64,000 bases of DNA from Marsupella aquatica (GCA_973895155.1 OZ316898.1:21354122-21418121); one strand, 5' to 3'. Positions 11,512 to 25,414 are shown, numbered from the stretch's first letter. Numbers and translations are program-made. The notes: a model not told the origin generated them from the sequence alone.

Positions 11512-14500
11512 TGTGGTCGAGGCATTTTGTCTGCATACAATCAAGATACTCAAGGCCCTAACCCTTCAATAACAATTTTTTTAATCAGAACGGAAAAAGA
11601 TGTTCAATTCCTCTACGTTAGCTGGTGTGTGGATATGATTAATCTTAGATATTTTACATCACTCATTGTGCAAACTGGACTGAGAGTGGAGATGGTTAGG
11701 ATTTCACTCGACTTCCCCAATACGGAAGTTTGGCACATTCATTGGAGACTAGGAAAGGATCCACTAACTTTCGACCCACTCAGCTTAGCATTCCTCGCGT
11801 GGAGGGTAGACCGAGGTGTGTGTCATTGGTTTAGAGACCGACCAAGTGTACTCTCATCTACACATTTATTAAACTCACATACACAAGGTGGAATCCTCAA
11901 GTTAAAATCATAGATAACACACAACACAGTACGCACACTATGAACGACGATGTCAATTGGATCCACGATCTCTCTGTACTTGCCCGACATTCATCGTCCC
12001 CCTGTTCCACCAAAAGACCATGCTAAACATGCTACTCCTACCCAATGACACAATTCCACTCCAGTGGCCCAAGGTAGATGATCCCACCCGCACAATTCGC
12101 ACGGCCCCTAAACCCTAAATTCCCAGCCAGCTCTTCCGACACTCTTACCCGCTTGCCGCAAGCTGCTTCGGGATATAAATTTCTTCACCTATAACTAGCA
12201 ACAACCTCCTTGGGAAGTTCTTCACCTATTTAACTAGGAACTACTACTAAAGTCTAAAAATTGCAGAGTATTCTTTGTTACTGTCCAGTCACGCCTAATG
12301 TGCGGTATTATTACTCTATGAGAAATTTACTCATCAAAGCGAACTAAACACTTTCACTAACGACAAGCAACGCTTATGCGATTTACCTGTTTCGGTTCTT
12401 TCTTTTATTTCTTTACTTAATTTTACATTCTTGGCCTAAGTATACATCTCCGGAGGTTCCATCAAGCTCCGAGTCTCCTTCATCCAACGTGACCCAATCG
12501 ACCCTTCGACCTGAGTTTCCTTGGGGGACCGGAGCTCAACCCTGGCTTCACATTATTCTCGACTGATAGACGTTGACCAAGTACTCGGCCAATCCCTCGG
12601 TGATATTCTTCCGAAGCTGCCTTCCCCCTTGTACTTCACCCATTGGGTCTGCCGCTGAGCTTATGCAGCTGTTTCAACTGGGTGTCCGCCTGCGATTTCA
12701 AACGTTCGACATCTCCACTCAATCTCTCGGCTTCGTTCCCCGCCTCATTTCTCTCTTCCGTCCTGCACGCTAACTCGGCCTCAGTCTCCTTCAATTGAGC
12801 CTTAGCTTCCTTCAATTGATCTTCAAGCCATTTATTCTCGGCCTCAGCTTCCTTCAATTGATCTTCGAACAATTTCTTCTCGGCCAGCATCTTAACAATC
12901 CTCGGCTTTGACTCCAGCTCTTCCTTAAGCACAGCAGCAACCAAGTCGGCCACCTCACCACTGAGGGCAAATATTGTGTTTGTCTTTGACTCCTGAAGTT
13001 TAATAGTTTATTAAACAAATTACCGTCGACTTCGACGATCCTAAGGTATTCCTTCAATGAGGGTTGGATCATATGAATTGCACAAACCACTCGCTCCTCA
13101 TCCCGGACCCTTGCCGGAAACTCGACGTGCTTGCTTGGAACCTTCATTTTGGCTTGCCATGGACCCCCTAGCATTCTCCCTCCAAATTCACAGCGGCACC
13201 CTAAACACTCCTGGTGCGCTTCTTCGGACCCCTTACCACTAGTAGGAAAAGCGGGCTCTTGCAGCGTCGGCTCCGACATGGCTGAATGCCATTGCCGGAC
13301 TCCGCCTTGGTTCTGCACCTTTATTCCCTGTATCCCAAAGTCCTCATTCGACGTCTCCCCGACGCAATTCTCGATATCATAATCGATCGGTGACCTGGAA
13401 CTTGCCTCAACAACGCCGCCTCTTCTTGCACCTCTCGCTTTGGCTTCGAGACCATGCCCTGCTGTAGTGCCACCTTCATTCTGCCCCTGTTTATTTGCCT
13501 TGTGCATCGCCGACTAACAGGTTCATCCACTTCAGCTTGCGCTGGTGAACTACCACTAGGACACGATTCTTTCTTGGGCACCCAGTCATCTGGACTAAGC
13601 ACCTCCAGGAGTTGCTTCTTCAAATCCTCGGCGCTTGTTGCTACCAACGGAGAAGATGTATTCTCCTCTTGCTCAGTTGGTGCCGTCTGCGATCTGCTGG
13701 CTGCTATCTCATCTACCATACCACTTATTCCCAAAATCTCCCTCCGAGCATACTTGCATATCATCGGCAAATGATATGATAGCTTGGAAACAGCTCCAGA
13801 AAGAGCTCCATCCGCTATAACCTTGCGGTTAGAATTTAACTCGTCCAAGAGTTTCCTGTAAAGAAACCCACAGTAATCTCTAACCTCCCCTAGATTCTGT
13901 CCTAAAAGCACCTGGTTCTTACCTATCTCAGTTCGACTGTTGGTAAAACACAATGTAACCCAAAGGAAATCCAACAATTCCAAAAACTGCTTGTTGGTGC
14001 ATTGAGTTCGAAGGAACCCGTTCGTTTTCGGTGGCCCTTCAAAGTCGTCCCACTTTTCTATCTTAGCCACCACCCGTTGTTCGATTTTGTTAGTTCGACC
14101 TTGCCGTAAGCCAAACACCTCTGACACTACCCGCAATGTTCAATACAAATTCCCAGCCATAGACACAAGTCACTTTTTTGGCAGGATCCCAATTACCTAT
14201 GAACTCCATCAACTCCCGCTGGCTTGCATCGTTTTGTAGCCAGGGTAATCTGATAAAATCTTCTAACCCTGAATTGTCCATTAAACAGGGGTCACGCTTA
14301 TCTGTACATAATGCCTTGAACACATCGTCCTCCTCCCGAGGAAACAAAAGCCATTGCTTGTCGAGTACCGCATGAATCCACTCATTCTGATCCAGCTTTT
14401 TGGGCGTTGTTGATGCGATGACCTCGGCTTCACACTCGTCAACCTCGTCCGCTTCTTCTTCACGCCCACCTTGTGCATCCCAAGCCCTCCTACCACACCC

Positions 14501-14623
14501 CGCCTTTCGCGCTAGATGTCGGTTTGATGTCGTCCTCGTCTTCTTCCCATGCTATTCCGGTGACCCCACTTCACTCTCTGCTTCCCGTTTCTTCCCCGCT
14601 ATTGTAGCCACGGCACGAGCCAT
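11512..14623 (-). mobile_element. Family C gypsy-like element, 3' part: accessory ORF relic, candidate PPT and candidate LTR (11512-11993)
   Basis: Minus strand GGAACAGGGGGACGA then TGAATG...CCTCGACCACA; upstream ORF homologous to the family A accessory ORF; LTR is single-copy so its limits are inferred. Confidence 0.55.
12440..14623 (-). pseudogene. Family C accessory ORF (homologue of 271-3321), frameshifted
   Basis: FPREEDDVFKAL...NSGLEDFIRLPWL...LMEFIGNWDP...VYGWEFVL / SEVFGL...GPPKTNGFLRTQCTN...EIGKNQV...RDYCGFL...LSYHLPMICKYARR aligns with family A; coiled coil at 12636-12953; 3' limit approximate. Confidence 0.85.
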
Positions 14624-16408
14624 GTTTGTCTTCATTATTAGTATTGTTATTGGACGTTATGAGTCCTCAACTCCGACAACCGTAAACGGTTCGACAATGG
14701 CGTCGTGTGATACCAATCATGCTCCACGCAACAATACATGCTGCTCTGCTTCATGCTTTGCAGTTGTCCGTTGTCAAACAACAACTCTTCCAACAGATCG
14801 ATAAGTAGTTTACCCCGCGAAATCAAGTTGGAGATATGCGGAGCTTTAGGGTTTGGAGCTCCCCGAAGTCGCGGTTTACCCTAAACTCCCGGTTGTTTCT
14901 TGCTAGCTCTTCCAGCTCTTACGCCTCACAAGTAGCAACAAGCTGCCCCGCGGATTGATTAGAGGAACTCTAAAAATTGAATGCCTCGGTCACTTTACGC
15001 TTTGCCACGACTGGCCTCCTAGACAACCCTAAACACTGGTACACCCACCCCTCGACCGTGTGTTGCTGTGTGGTGCTACCCATTTTATTGTTTTTGCAGT
15101 ACAAGAAACCAAAATGAAAACTCTTTTGTGGGAGTTTGGTCGATCGTGTGAGCTCGTTTTTTGGCCAAGGACTGGGCCGGCGACGGATGTTTTGGTTAAG
15201 CGCCCGACACGTTGCGGCGTTCACCGCCGTACATTATCCTACATAAAACACACCTGAGAAAGGATGAATAATTTGTATTGAGCTTTAGGGTTAAGACACC
15301 CACTGTGGTTGTAGTTTGTTATGAAGAACCAAAAACACATTTATAGGTCTTCAAACTCGGTATTCGTTCCCGTAAAGAACAAGATGGGGTTGATTTGATA
15401 CATAAAAACACAAATGAGAGTTTAAAGACTCTCTTTAACACATAGTAATCAGGATTGATTACTTTACTAAGGTATTTTGAAGATCGCTCCACAGCGGTGA
15501 GTGGTTTTTAATGACAACTCAGCATCATGTAACCATAAATTAATGAAAAGAAGAATGATTAACAAAACACAAGGAAAAATATCTCAAAGTATGCTAAGGA
15601 AGTCTGGAATAGACCAAGGTTACTCCTTAGACATAAGTCAAAATGAAAAGACTTAAGGATTCAAATCCATATTGCTTTTCAGATCTAAATTGCTTACTAG
15701 AGTACCTTTTAAAATGCCGTCAACATGTCTTATCCTTTCTTTCTAAATGGTACTCAGATAAGATCTAAAAGGTAGCTACTTCAACATTTAGATGGTACTA
15801 AGCAACACGAAAGAAAATCCATCAATTTCAAATAAGACTTAAACTCAGTGAGTTAACTCCAAGAACTCAGGAGATTGTAATGAGTCACCAAAGAGGAATC
15901 TGTCATCACAACTCAAAAGATTTACTGAAGGGTCAAAGGATTAAATCACAAGAAGGAGGAAAGTCTTCTCCTGGTGTCAAGCTTGATCTCGAACTCTTAA
16001 CATTCATGATCAACTGGCAGAACACCAAGGAAAGGCAGAAATTGCTAAACTTTACCATCATCTACACTAGTGGTAGAGGCAAAAGCCGTTCTAAATGTGC
16101 CACAGCTGAATTTTCCAATCATTATTGTATTTTCCGTGCGTCTATGTCCACGGGCAGAAGCAGCCACTCGCTCACCGTGCTGTAATAATCATGGCATCAT
16201 ATCGCTTTCACCTAGAACCTCAGGCCGGCCACACCCCGGTCTGGTTCCATCATTACCCTAAACTTGCCCTCAATCTGACTGCGATGAACGAGGTGTACAA
16301 GAGTACTGTACTGTATTTTGTAATGAGTGATTTTCCACCGTGTTCTTTCACAGGATGTGAACGCCCTGTGTTTCAAAAAACAATTTAGATCCGTGTTTAG
16401 GGTTTCAT

Positions 16409-19400
16409 ATAGCCTGATGCCCGTGCGTTGCACGAAAGATGTCGAGGTGATTAAAACATGCTGGAATGAGAAAAAGATGCCAAGATGATAAAAGATGTCG
16501 TGAAAAAAATGATATTGAACCGACAAAAGATGTGATGTGAGCTTCAATTTAGGCAAGATAATACAATTTTTCATAATGTTTGATTTGTATTATATAAACC
16601 CATTGCCCGTGTGCTACACAATTGTCATTACAGCCATTTTATTGTTGCAATCAATTATCATTGTGACCATTTCATTGTTGTGGCCATTTGATGTTTGGGG
16701 GGCCATTGTGCGCTTGGTCAATATGGTTATTGCAGAAAAGAATTTAGGATTCTGCGTTATTGTAAGTTGAAAGAAATATTGCATAGAGAGTAGGAAAAAG
16801 CAGGAAATATAGTTCAATCTCCCCTCAAACGCCTCTTTTCCACTTCATATAAATAATGTCTTTTCAACTCAAAAAAGTCTAATTAGTATTGTCCCCTTTC
16901 CTATAAGTTTACTTTGGGGTGAATGGGGTAAGCATGTGTCCAAAAGTGATGTGGGGTCTACTTAGATTTTCTTGTTACACCGACCTACCCATTATAGCCA
17001 CATGTCACTCACATTCAATTTCCAATACTCTTCATGTTGGAATCAATTTAATGGATATCAGTGCCATAGTCCAGGTGTGGGTGGAAGCACGTGTTTGCCC
17101 CAAGCTACAGTAGCACATCCATTATTCTTCTCACCAGATCTAATGGACGGGAATATTTAAGTTTTAAATCCAAGGGTCATAATAAGATAGTGGCAAAAAT
17201 TCTGGCCAATAGAATCAAAAAGGTAGCAAATTCCTTAGTTGACTCCCAACAGACCGGCTTTCTGGTAGGTAGGGACATTCTCGATAACATTTTAACCTTC
17301 CATATGGGTCAAGAGTTGGCACGGAGTAAGAAACTACCAACTCTATTTCTGAAGCTTGACTTCGCCAAGGCATACGACAGAGTTGATCACACTTTTCTCT
17401 AGGATGTTTTCAACCAGATGGGATTTGACGAAAAGGTCATTCGTCTGGTCAAGGGGCTGATGGAAGGTGCCCAATCCAAGATCCATATCAATGGCAGATT
17501 CACTGAATCGGTGAAAGTAAGCAGAGGAGTCAGACAAGGATGCCCGCTATCCTCACTCCTGCTTACACTCACGACACAGCCATTGATGAGAATGATCCAA
17601 GCTAAACTCACGGGAGGACAGCTGCAAGGAATGAAGTTGAATGATGGAAGCAGCCTGTGCCATCAACTGTTTGCAGACGATACGGGACTTTTCTTAGACG
17701 CAACTGAACAGGAATTTCAGGTGGCGAGACAGATCATACAGCAATACGAGAACATCTCTGGAGCGTTGTTGAATGTACAAAAATCCAAGATCATCCCCCT
17801 GTTCATGACGGATGATATCTACCCAAGCTGGCTACAAAACACGGGCTGCATCATAGCTCGAGAGGAGGAGATTATTGAATACTTAGGATGCCCCATCGGG
17901 TACAAGGTGCGACCATCCCTGGCGGCCAAATTCATGGTGACTAAAATCCGAAAGCGCTTGTGTCATTGGACAAATAGAAGCCTTACCATGGAAGGGAGGG
18001 CGATCCTACTGAAACATGTGTTGCGGGCGATCCCTACTTACCATCTCATGTCGCTAGAACTCCAGCACAAGGGATGCCAAGAACTAGAAAAGGTGTGCAG
18101 GAGATTCTTGTGGGGTCCATCCACCAATAATGGCTCAAAAAAAGCACTTATTGCCTGGAAGGACATTACGCGACCCTTCGGAACACGGAGGTTTGGGACT
18201 CCTCCCTTTTGCCGACCAAGCCAAGGCACTTAAGATGAGACATATGACAAAGATCATCCAGGGGGAAACTTGCGAATGGATTAAAATGGCACATGAGATC
18301 ATACAACAGGGATTACATACGAGGCCAAAGAAGAAGGAAAGAAGGAAGTGGTCAACGATAGAAGCGTTGCTGCTAAGCAACAACATCACCATCAAGGTAT
18401 CCAACACTGTGAAAGGACTTCTAAGGGGCTGGTTCAAAAATAGCCAACAACTAAAATTCCACTTTGGCACTGGAGATCTCCCGATTTCTCTAACTATTGA
18501 GCAATTAATCATGCTCTACGAACGCAACAACTACACTAGCGAGCAAGAAGGGGTCGCCCTGAGAAATTTTTTGGCCAACAGAGGTATCAAGAGAGCAGAG
18601 GAGCTCTGGGACAGACAAACTAGGTGGATTGATGGAGAACTTCTGAATCAACGCATCAGGAGCAACAGACAGAGTGGAGAAAATGTTTTCAATTCTTTCT
18701 ACTCTCTGTTGACGAGGAGCACTAGCCTCAAGAGCATCCCACTTTAAGATTGCGAGGGATGGCAGTGGAACTGGATGGGGAAGAACAGAGGATGGAAATT
18801 CAAAAACCAAATCTGGGTTAAGAATACCAACATCACTGCGCACGACGTCACTAAACTCAACAAAAGATGGGGCCAAACCCTCACCGCAGATCTTTGGCAA
18901 CAAACGTGGAAGAAACTTTGGGGAGGATGGCCCCTCCCCATGGTCAGGTTCATGATATGGAGATTGTTGAATCATGGATTCTATACAAACGGGCGCGGAA
19001 GCGGTTTAAAAGGTGAGTGATGGGCTCTACTCCTGATGCACTCAGTGCTTCGAACACACTGAACAACTCTTTTTTGAATGCAACAAGGTGTCTGGTCGAT
19101 GGAGAGACATCAATAATTTGATGCAAGGGGCTCCTGAGATTAACATCTCTGCTATTTCCCTGTATGATGCTGCCATCATTAACGCTATCAAGAAACATAA
19201 GCGCCAGCCTGGAGCCCTCATTTTAGTTATGGAGCTATGCCGCAGCATATGGCAAGAAAGGAATGCAGCAAATTACTCCCACTTCTTAGGGAGACTTCCA
19301 GGTTGGGTGATACTTTGTCAGACCATGGCCCACCTTGAGGCGATGCGGGACATATGCAATTCACCTAAGAAAAGCACACAGATCACTGGAGCCATTAATC

Positions 19401-19984
19401 GACTGCAAGAGGCTCTCAGACCGTGGAGCCAGACGGACAGCCCGGTTGCTCTTAACCCAGATATTGACAATGACCAATTTGAGAAACAAGCACACGACAC
19501 AGAGTACGGATGCTGGGCTCCGGAGGGAGCTGAGAGAAGTGCGGAGCCACATTTTGACCATCTACACCGGTAACGGAACGCAACCGGAGATGAGCAATAA
19601 TAATAGGGATTACAATAACAAGCAGAAGGATAAGAATCATAGTGAAAGACAGAATAGGAGCATTTGCTATGAGCAGTGGAACAATGATTACTAGTGGATT
19701 GTCAGGCTTGACACCACCTGGTGGTTACATAGGGCCTTCTGGCCTGACTAGTGTTTCTTCTTTTCTTGTTTCTGTGTGTGCGGCCTGGCCCGGGCTGTGC
19801 TTTTCTGGGGTGGCTCTTGTCCTTTGGGCTGTGCTGTTCGGGTTCCGGCCCCTTCCGGCTTTTTGAAAAAATAAAATAAAATAAAATAAGTACCCTCCAA
19901 AACTGCAATTTGCAAGCAGACGATAAGAAACGGAAAAAAAAACGGGATTGTGTATTATAGCGAATAGATAATAGATAGATAGAT
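16409..19984 (-). mobile_element. Non-autonomous Helitron copy 1, interrupted by a LINE
   Basis: Minus-strand 3' end GTGCAACGCACGGGCATCAGGCTA(T); 5' TCTATCTATC run near 19984; internal homology to 24445-25271. Confidence 0.7.
17187..19884 (+). mobile_element. 5'-truncated L1-clade LINE (RT plus C-terminal Zn-binding region), disrupted
   Basis: KILANRIK..QTGF..GR.I.DN, LKLDFAKAYDRV, GVRQGCPLS, LFADD, YLGCPIG; (AAAAT)n tail; candidate TSD AATAAG at 17181-17186 and 19885-19890. Confidence 0.92.
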
Positions 19985-20424
19985 AGTGCCCCCCCCCGAC
20001 TCGACCCTCGCGTAGGCAGATTCTAGGTTGTATGGTGTACTTTAAGTTATTGCCGAAGGGGTGGAGCACAGGGAAGCAACAAACCCAAGCCAAGATTATG
20101 TATCCGGACTAGTCTTCTCCCTTGATGAGTGCCTATGGCTCCCGACCACTCGAAGAAACGCAACATAAACCTGATTCGCACCGGGATGTCATACCATATC
20201 ATCTCACAATCGTCCAGACGAATGGCCCTCTTGTTGATCCCAGCTGCAGGCAAAATAATACGAAGGGTTTCTAAACCCATAGCTTCATTGACCTCAATAA
20301 TCAATACTTTCACTAACACTGGAATATTATAGTCCACCCCTAAATTTTGATAGTGTACTTTTGGGAAATTGTATGCTTTTTAGATAAGGCTTTTCTTCCA
20401 GAAAACTTCAGCAGCAATTTTGGA

Positions 20425-20657
20425 AACCCTAAACCCTACACCTTTTGAGACATAATATAAGAAAATGGGCTAAGGTCCACAGGGGATTCCTTGAAGTACG
20501 TCGTTAACTTCATCGGAATGAGTATTTTTTTTAGAGAGAGACCAGCCACGAAAAGCCACACCACAAGGGGTAACCCTAAACCCTAAACCCTAAGCCATTT
20601 TATCGATGGCCTAGATTGAGCACATGGAGCCCTAAACCCTCAACCCTGAACCCTGAA
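20425..20657 (+). repeat. Cluster of short degenerate CCCTAAA seeds
   Basis: AAACCCTAAACCCTA, AACCCTAAACCCTAAACCCTAA, CCCTAAACCCTCAACCCTGAACCCTGAA. Confidence 0.75.
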
Positions 20658-21399
20658 CAAGTACTTCCACAATCTGTTTAGCAAAGTCCATCTGAAAAGC
20701 ACAAGCCACCTAACCAGGCCCTAGTACATTGTTGTGCATACAAGAATTCTACATGTCTTGTTGTCAGGGAGGAGTATGATAGACATAGGACTTTGCACAG
20801 GCCGTTCATCCGCACTCGAGAGCGAGTCGCTCTCCTTCACCAACACACGCAATAGGAGAAGGCATCGTGAAAACAAAGGCTCCTCTATACTCTCTCCTCC
20901 CATACCACACGCAGAGGGAGAAAGAATCGAGTGTATGGATAGATCTGACAAGGTAAGATTCATTCCCATTTTTGGAAACAACTATACCCTAATTCTGGTG
21001 GTGATAGGGTATTCTACACACCTTCCCCCCCTCTCATGACATAAAAGAGAAAATTGAAATTTATCTTTTTGAAAAATAACTAAATAGATATTCTTCACAA
21101 TTATACACACACATTTTAGCTGTATAGGGTGGAGAGTATTACTAATTATACTTCCTTCAAATAATACAAATGCCTTTAACATGCAACGAGTAAACCCTAA
21201 AACCCTATTAAATATTGTTGTTGTTAATTTGTGCACTCACAATTATTATCACTTATTGTCTAGCTTGTCTCCTTGGGTTACACTGATTTCTAGGTGATCC
21301 AAGCTGGGAGACTGGGAGTAAACTATAACATAAATCCAATTCTAAGCCATGAGAGATGTGCTTAGTAGACCCCCTTCTGGAAAAAGCTTGCTTAATCAA

Positions 21400-23200
21400 A
21401 GTGGTGGACCTTGCCACCCGGCGCCCGCACTAATCCCAGCACTAGCGCCTAAGTGCTCTTGGTGCCCAAACGCCTCCACGGAATACCTCGAGCAAGCACT
21501 CTAGTGCTCCTTTGCACCTCCAGCGGCCCCTCCCATACAAAGAAGCCGCACTTGCTCACCTACACGACCGTTACTCAACGGTCCTCACTGTCTGCACAAG
21601 CAACCAAGCACATCGGTAAGTAACCCCTCCGGATCTAGAACTCCCCAAGTCTAGCATCCTAACTCAAGCTCAACAGACGTTGGTAAATAGGTCAGCGATA
21701 GGTCCTCCCGATGCCATAAGCCGGAACCAGAACCCACACCCACTGTCCGTCCAGGACAGCTCCTTCCTTGGGCGCGTCCCGGGTTCCCCCTCGTACCTAT
21801 CCATCACCAACTGACCGCCCTGACCTCAGGACATGCTCATGGCCCAAGTAGCGTAGCTTGTCCTAAAGCTTGTCCCAACACGCCTGGACCAGCATGGTCC
21901 CGACTCTAATAATCTCTCCGGTTCGTCCCACTGATGATCCAGGGGTCGAGTACCCTTGGGACTCAGCCTCCACATCTACTTGGCCTTGCCTCCCCAACAC
22001 AAGCTCCCTTGGGACACTGAACGCGGTTTGTCTGCTGTTCAGTAGGATTTGGCAAGCGGGCAAGCTAACACCCACAAACCACGAGCACCCATGGCACCCC
22101 TGGACCCTCTAGAGCTTTCCAACGCACCCAAGAAGTCCTCCAACGGACTTCCCGTTGGGAAGATATCGCCATTTCCGTTTGGCGGTTTCCCTTAGTGTCG
22201 TGACCGCCGCGGCTCACGACTTTGGCTCGCCCTTAGCCCCCAGGGAGACACCACTCCCCTCATATATGCTTCTGGGGACCTGCCACCCCCGGACCAGCTT
22301 TGGTCCCTATTCATCTGGCCCCCAACCCGGATCCCATCGCGCATAATGGGCGCGCCACCAACTGGCAACGCCCATAACTTTCTTGATAGGCATCTGCAAG
22401 AGGAGTGCCTTAGCCCATTGTGACCGGGCCGACCCGGTGCTCATGCCTAGGCCCTCAGGTCTGATTGCCGCTCCGGGCCCCCCGACCGGCCCAACCCGGA
22501 TCGGGCCACAACTTGCGCCCCAAGCATCTGTTGCCAATGGCTCCAACTCCATTGGCCTTGGGCCCAAGAGGAGCTCACACTCAAGCCCTCAGAACTCAAA
22601 GTCCATCTGGAGGTCCGGACGGCCACCCATGAGCCCGGCCCATATCCCCTTGGCCGGACCACCCATCGGCTAGTCCAAGTCCTTAGTGTGTGCCTCTAGC
22701 TTGGCTCCTTGCCTCGCTAGTGCCACGTCTCGTTGCCCACAAGTGTCCCCATGCTAAGTCCTCCCCGAATGGCCTATCCGGGCCTAGACCGTAAGGGAGC
22801 TCAGCAGCGGAGTCAGCGACGCCGGAGCTAAGTGTTAAGGTAGTCGAGTTCCGCGACTATGAACCCCCTGCTTACTTTTCCCCCGGTCTGGACCGTTGAT
22901 AGACATTTCAATTTCAGATCTGGACCGTTCATGGACCTCAGCGGGTCGATCATTAGGGAATTGTTCCCAGCAAATCTCATTAGATATAGGGACAACTTTG
23001 TTTTCAGTTTTGGCCGGATGAAGTATTTTAGTTGAAAGTGGAAGCGATGGAATGTCATTTCTAAAGTGGAAGCGATGGGAATTCTTGGTGATAGAAAAGT
23101 GGTCAAAAGGCAACAAAAACAACTTGAATTCGTCAAAATAACTTTAAAGAATGGGTTGGGCGAAGGAAGGAGAGGTCGAATTTGCGCTGCATGCAAACCA
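21400..23200. repeat. Dispersed repeat family B, copy 2 (longer)
   Basis: 21400-22143 homologous to 10976-11498; extension to the telomere-like tract at 23203 is inferred. Confidence 0.55.
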
Positions 23201-23202
23201 CC

Positions 23203-23262
23203 CCTGAAACCCTAAACCCAAACCCTAAACCCACCCCTAAACCCTGAACCCTATCCCCTAAA
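23203..23262 (+). repeat. Degenerate interstitial telomere tract
   Basis: CCCTGAAACCCTAAACCCAAAACCCTAAACCCACCCCTAAACCCTGAACCCTATCCCCTAAA. Confidence 0.8.
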
Positions 23263-23368
23263 ATGGAAATCCCAAAAATTTGTGGCCCAAAAGGAGTGCA
23301 TTGTACCATGTGAAGTGATATCCGGGCACTTGTTCAAATTTGTCGGCAGGGAAGAGTGCAAAAGTTAA

Positions 23369-25271
23369 TCTATCTATCTATACATACAATCCCGCCCTTT
23401 TTATTTTTTAATCTATCTATACAATCCCGCCCTTTTTTACTTATCGTCTGCTTACAAAATGCAGTTTTGGAGGGAACTCATTAATATGACCCTTGGATAT
23501 TTAGGGTTAGCATGCTCATCCTGGAACATGCTTTATTTTTTGTCTTGTAGTGATGTGAAAGTAAATAAAATATGAGAGCATAGAAGTGCTGTTATATAAG
23601 TAAAGTGTCTGCCAAGAAAAGCACAGTGACCAAGATAAGGTACAGTCAAACGATGCTACGATATGTGCACTTAACTCAGGGTGCCTTATGAATGACACTC
23701 CTTTCAATAAAAACCATAAACCTAGGAAAGAAAAGCATGAGGAGAACTTAAGAGCCTATGCATTCATGTTCTTCACCATCATTTCTCTCACTCGTGGTGG
23801 TGGAGACTTTGGTTTCATCTCTAAGAAAACACATACTGTGAAAGGGGGCTGCCAAAGTAAGTTCAAAACACTCTACACTGTTTACCGTAACTAGTATCAT
23901 AACTTATATAGTCTCCCTGCATAAATAGTATCACACACACTAATAAGGGTGTGACTACAAATCTGAAAAAATATAAATATTAGTACAAGTAGAGAGTTCA
24001 GTCTATTGTCATTCGTTCTAATTTGATTTTGATTGTATTTATAACCTGGTTTTCATTTCATCATACTTTAATAAAATCTGACTTTCAATTGACATAGAAA
24101 TATTTGTACTTTTCATAAGCTATATACATAATATGTGTTCATCACACACTATTTGAGTGTGACCAAAAATAATCTCACTTACTCTAATTTAGAATAACAT
24201 GTATTTAGTCTCACTTCTTATATAGTCTCACACACATTATTTATGGTGACAGCTTTCAAAAACATTTGTTCCCAAATACTATGTGTGAGATTAATTACGG
24301 TAATGTAGAGTACTTAAATGTAAAGGGGTCTAAAAATTAATTAAAAATGTATAGAATACAAAGGCTGCCCCTTGATAAGGCAGATTGAAATGAAAATACA
24401 TTACACAAAAATCTGAATAAGACAAAATCTGAAATGTGCATTCTCTTCGTCTGCTTACAAAATGCAGTTTTGGAGGGAACTCATTGATATGACCTTTTGG
24501 ATTTAAGGCCTAAATATTCCTGTCCATGAGATTGGGTGCAAGGAAGAATAAAGACTCTCTCCTAGCTTGGGACACGGATGCGCTTTCACCCACACCTAGA
24601 CTATGGCACTAACATCCATAAAAGGATTCTAATATCAAAGTGACTGGAAATTCAATGTGAGTTGACCTGTGGCTATAATGGATAGGTGGATGTAACAAGA
24701 AAATCTAGGTAGACTCAAAAAACTTTTGGACACATGTTTGTCGCATTCAATTAAAGTATACATATAGAAAAAGAACAATACAAATTAGAGGTTTGAGTTC
24801 AAAAGACATAATTCATAGGAAAGTGGAAAAAAGGCTATTGAAGGGAGAACTAAATTAATTTCTTATTTTTTCTATTCTCTCTATGAGGAATTTCTTCAAA
24901 CTTACATTATTTAACACTAAATACTAATGCGTTTTTGCAATAACCATATTGACCAAGGACACAAATGAATGGCCCCACACATAAAAACGGCCACAACAAT
25001 GACAATGAGTTTATTAACTAGACATCTTTTATCTCCTCAATATCTTTAAGGTTCTCTCCTTGATATCTTTCCTCACCTTGACTTTTTTTCTCATCTTGAT
25101 ATCATTTATCACCTCAAACATCTTTTTTCATCTCAACATTTTATTCTCTCCTTAACATCTTTTTTTCTTCTCAATATATTTTCCCTCCTCCCCTCGACAT
25201 CTTTTATCACCTCCACCTCGTTTTATCACATTGACATCTTTCATGCAACGCACAGGCATTGGGCTAGCTAG
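23369..25271 (+). mobile_element. Non-autonomous Helitron copy 2 (composite)
   Basis: A|TCTATCTATC start; ATGCAACGCACAGGCATTGGGCTAGCTAG|T end; about 50-bp internal direct repeat at 23446 and 24448. Confidence 0.75.
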
Positions 25272-25284
25272 TGTAAATAGAAAT

Positions 25285-25414
25285 CACTACAAAAAGCACG
25301 CATGATTATCATTTTCCCATCCACATCATTGACGAGCCATGGAGTTACGGTCTAGGGGCTTCTTCACTCCGATCTAGAAACCTAGGCGCCATCTGTAGCT
25401 ACCACTTTGTAGTG
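25285..25414. mobile_element. Possible miniature CACTA element
   Basis: CACTACAAA...TTTGTAGTG termini; no matching 3-bp TSD. Confidence 0.35.

Noticed and set aside
15300-16060. Very old LINE RT remnant on the minus strand
   Set aside because: Only isolated short motif hints (IDGF); not supportable by eye
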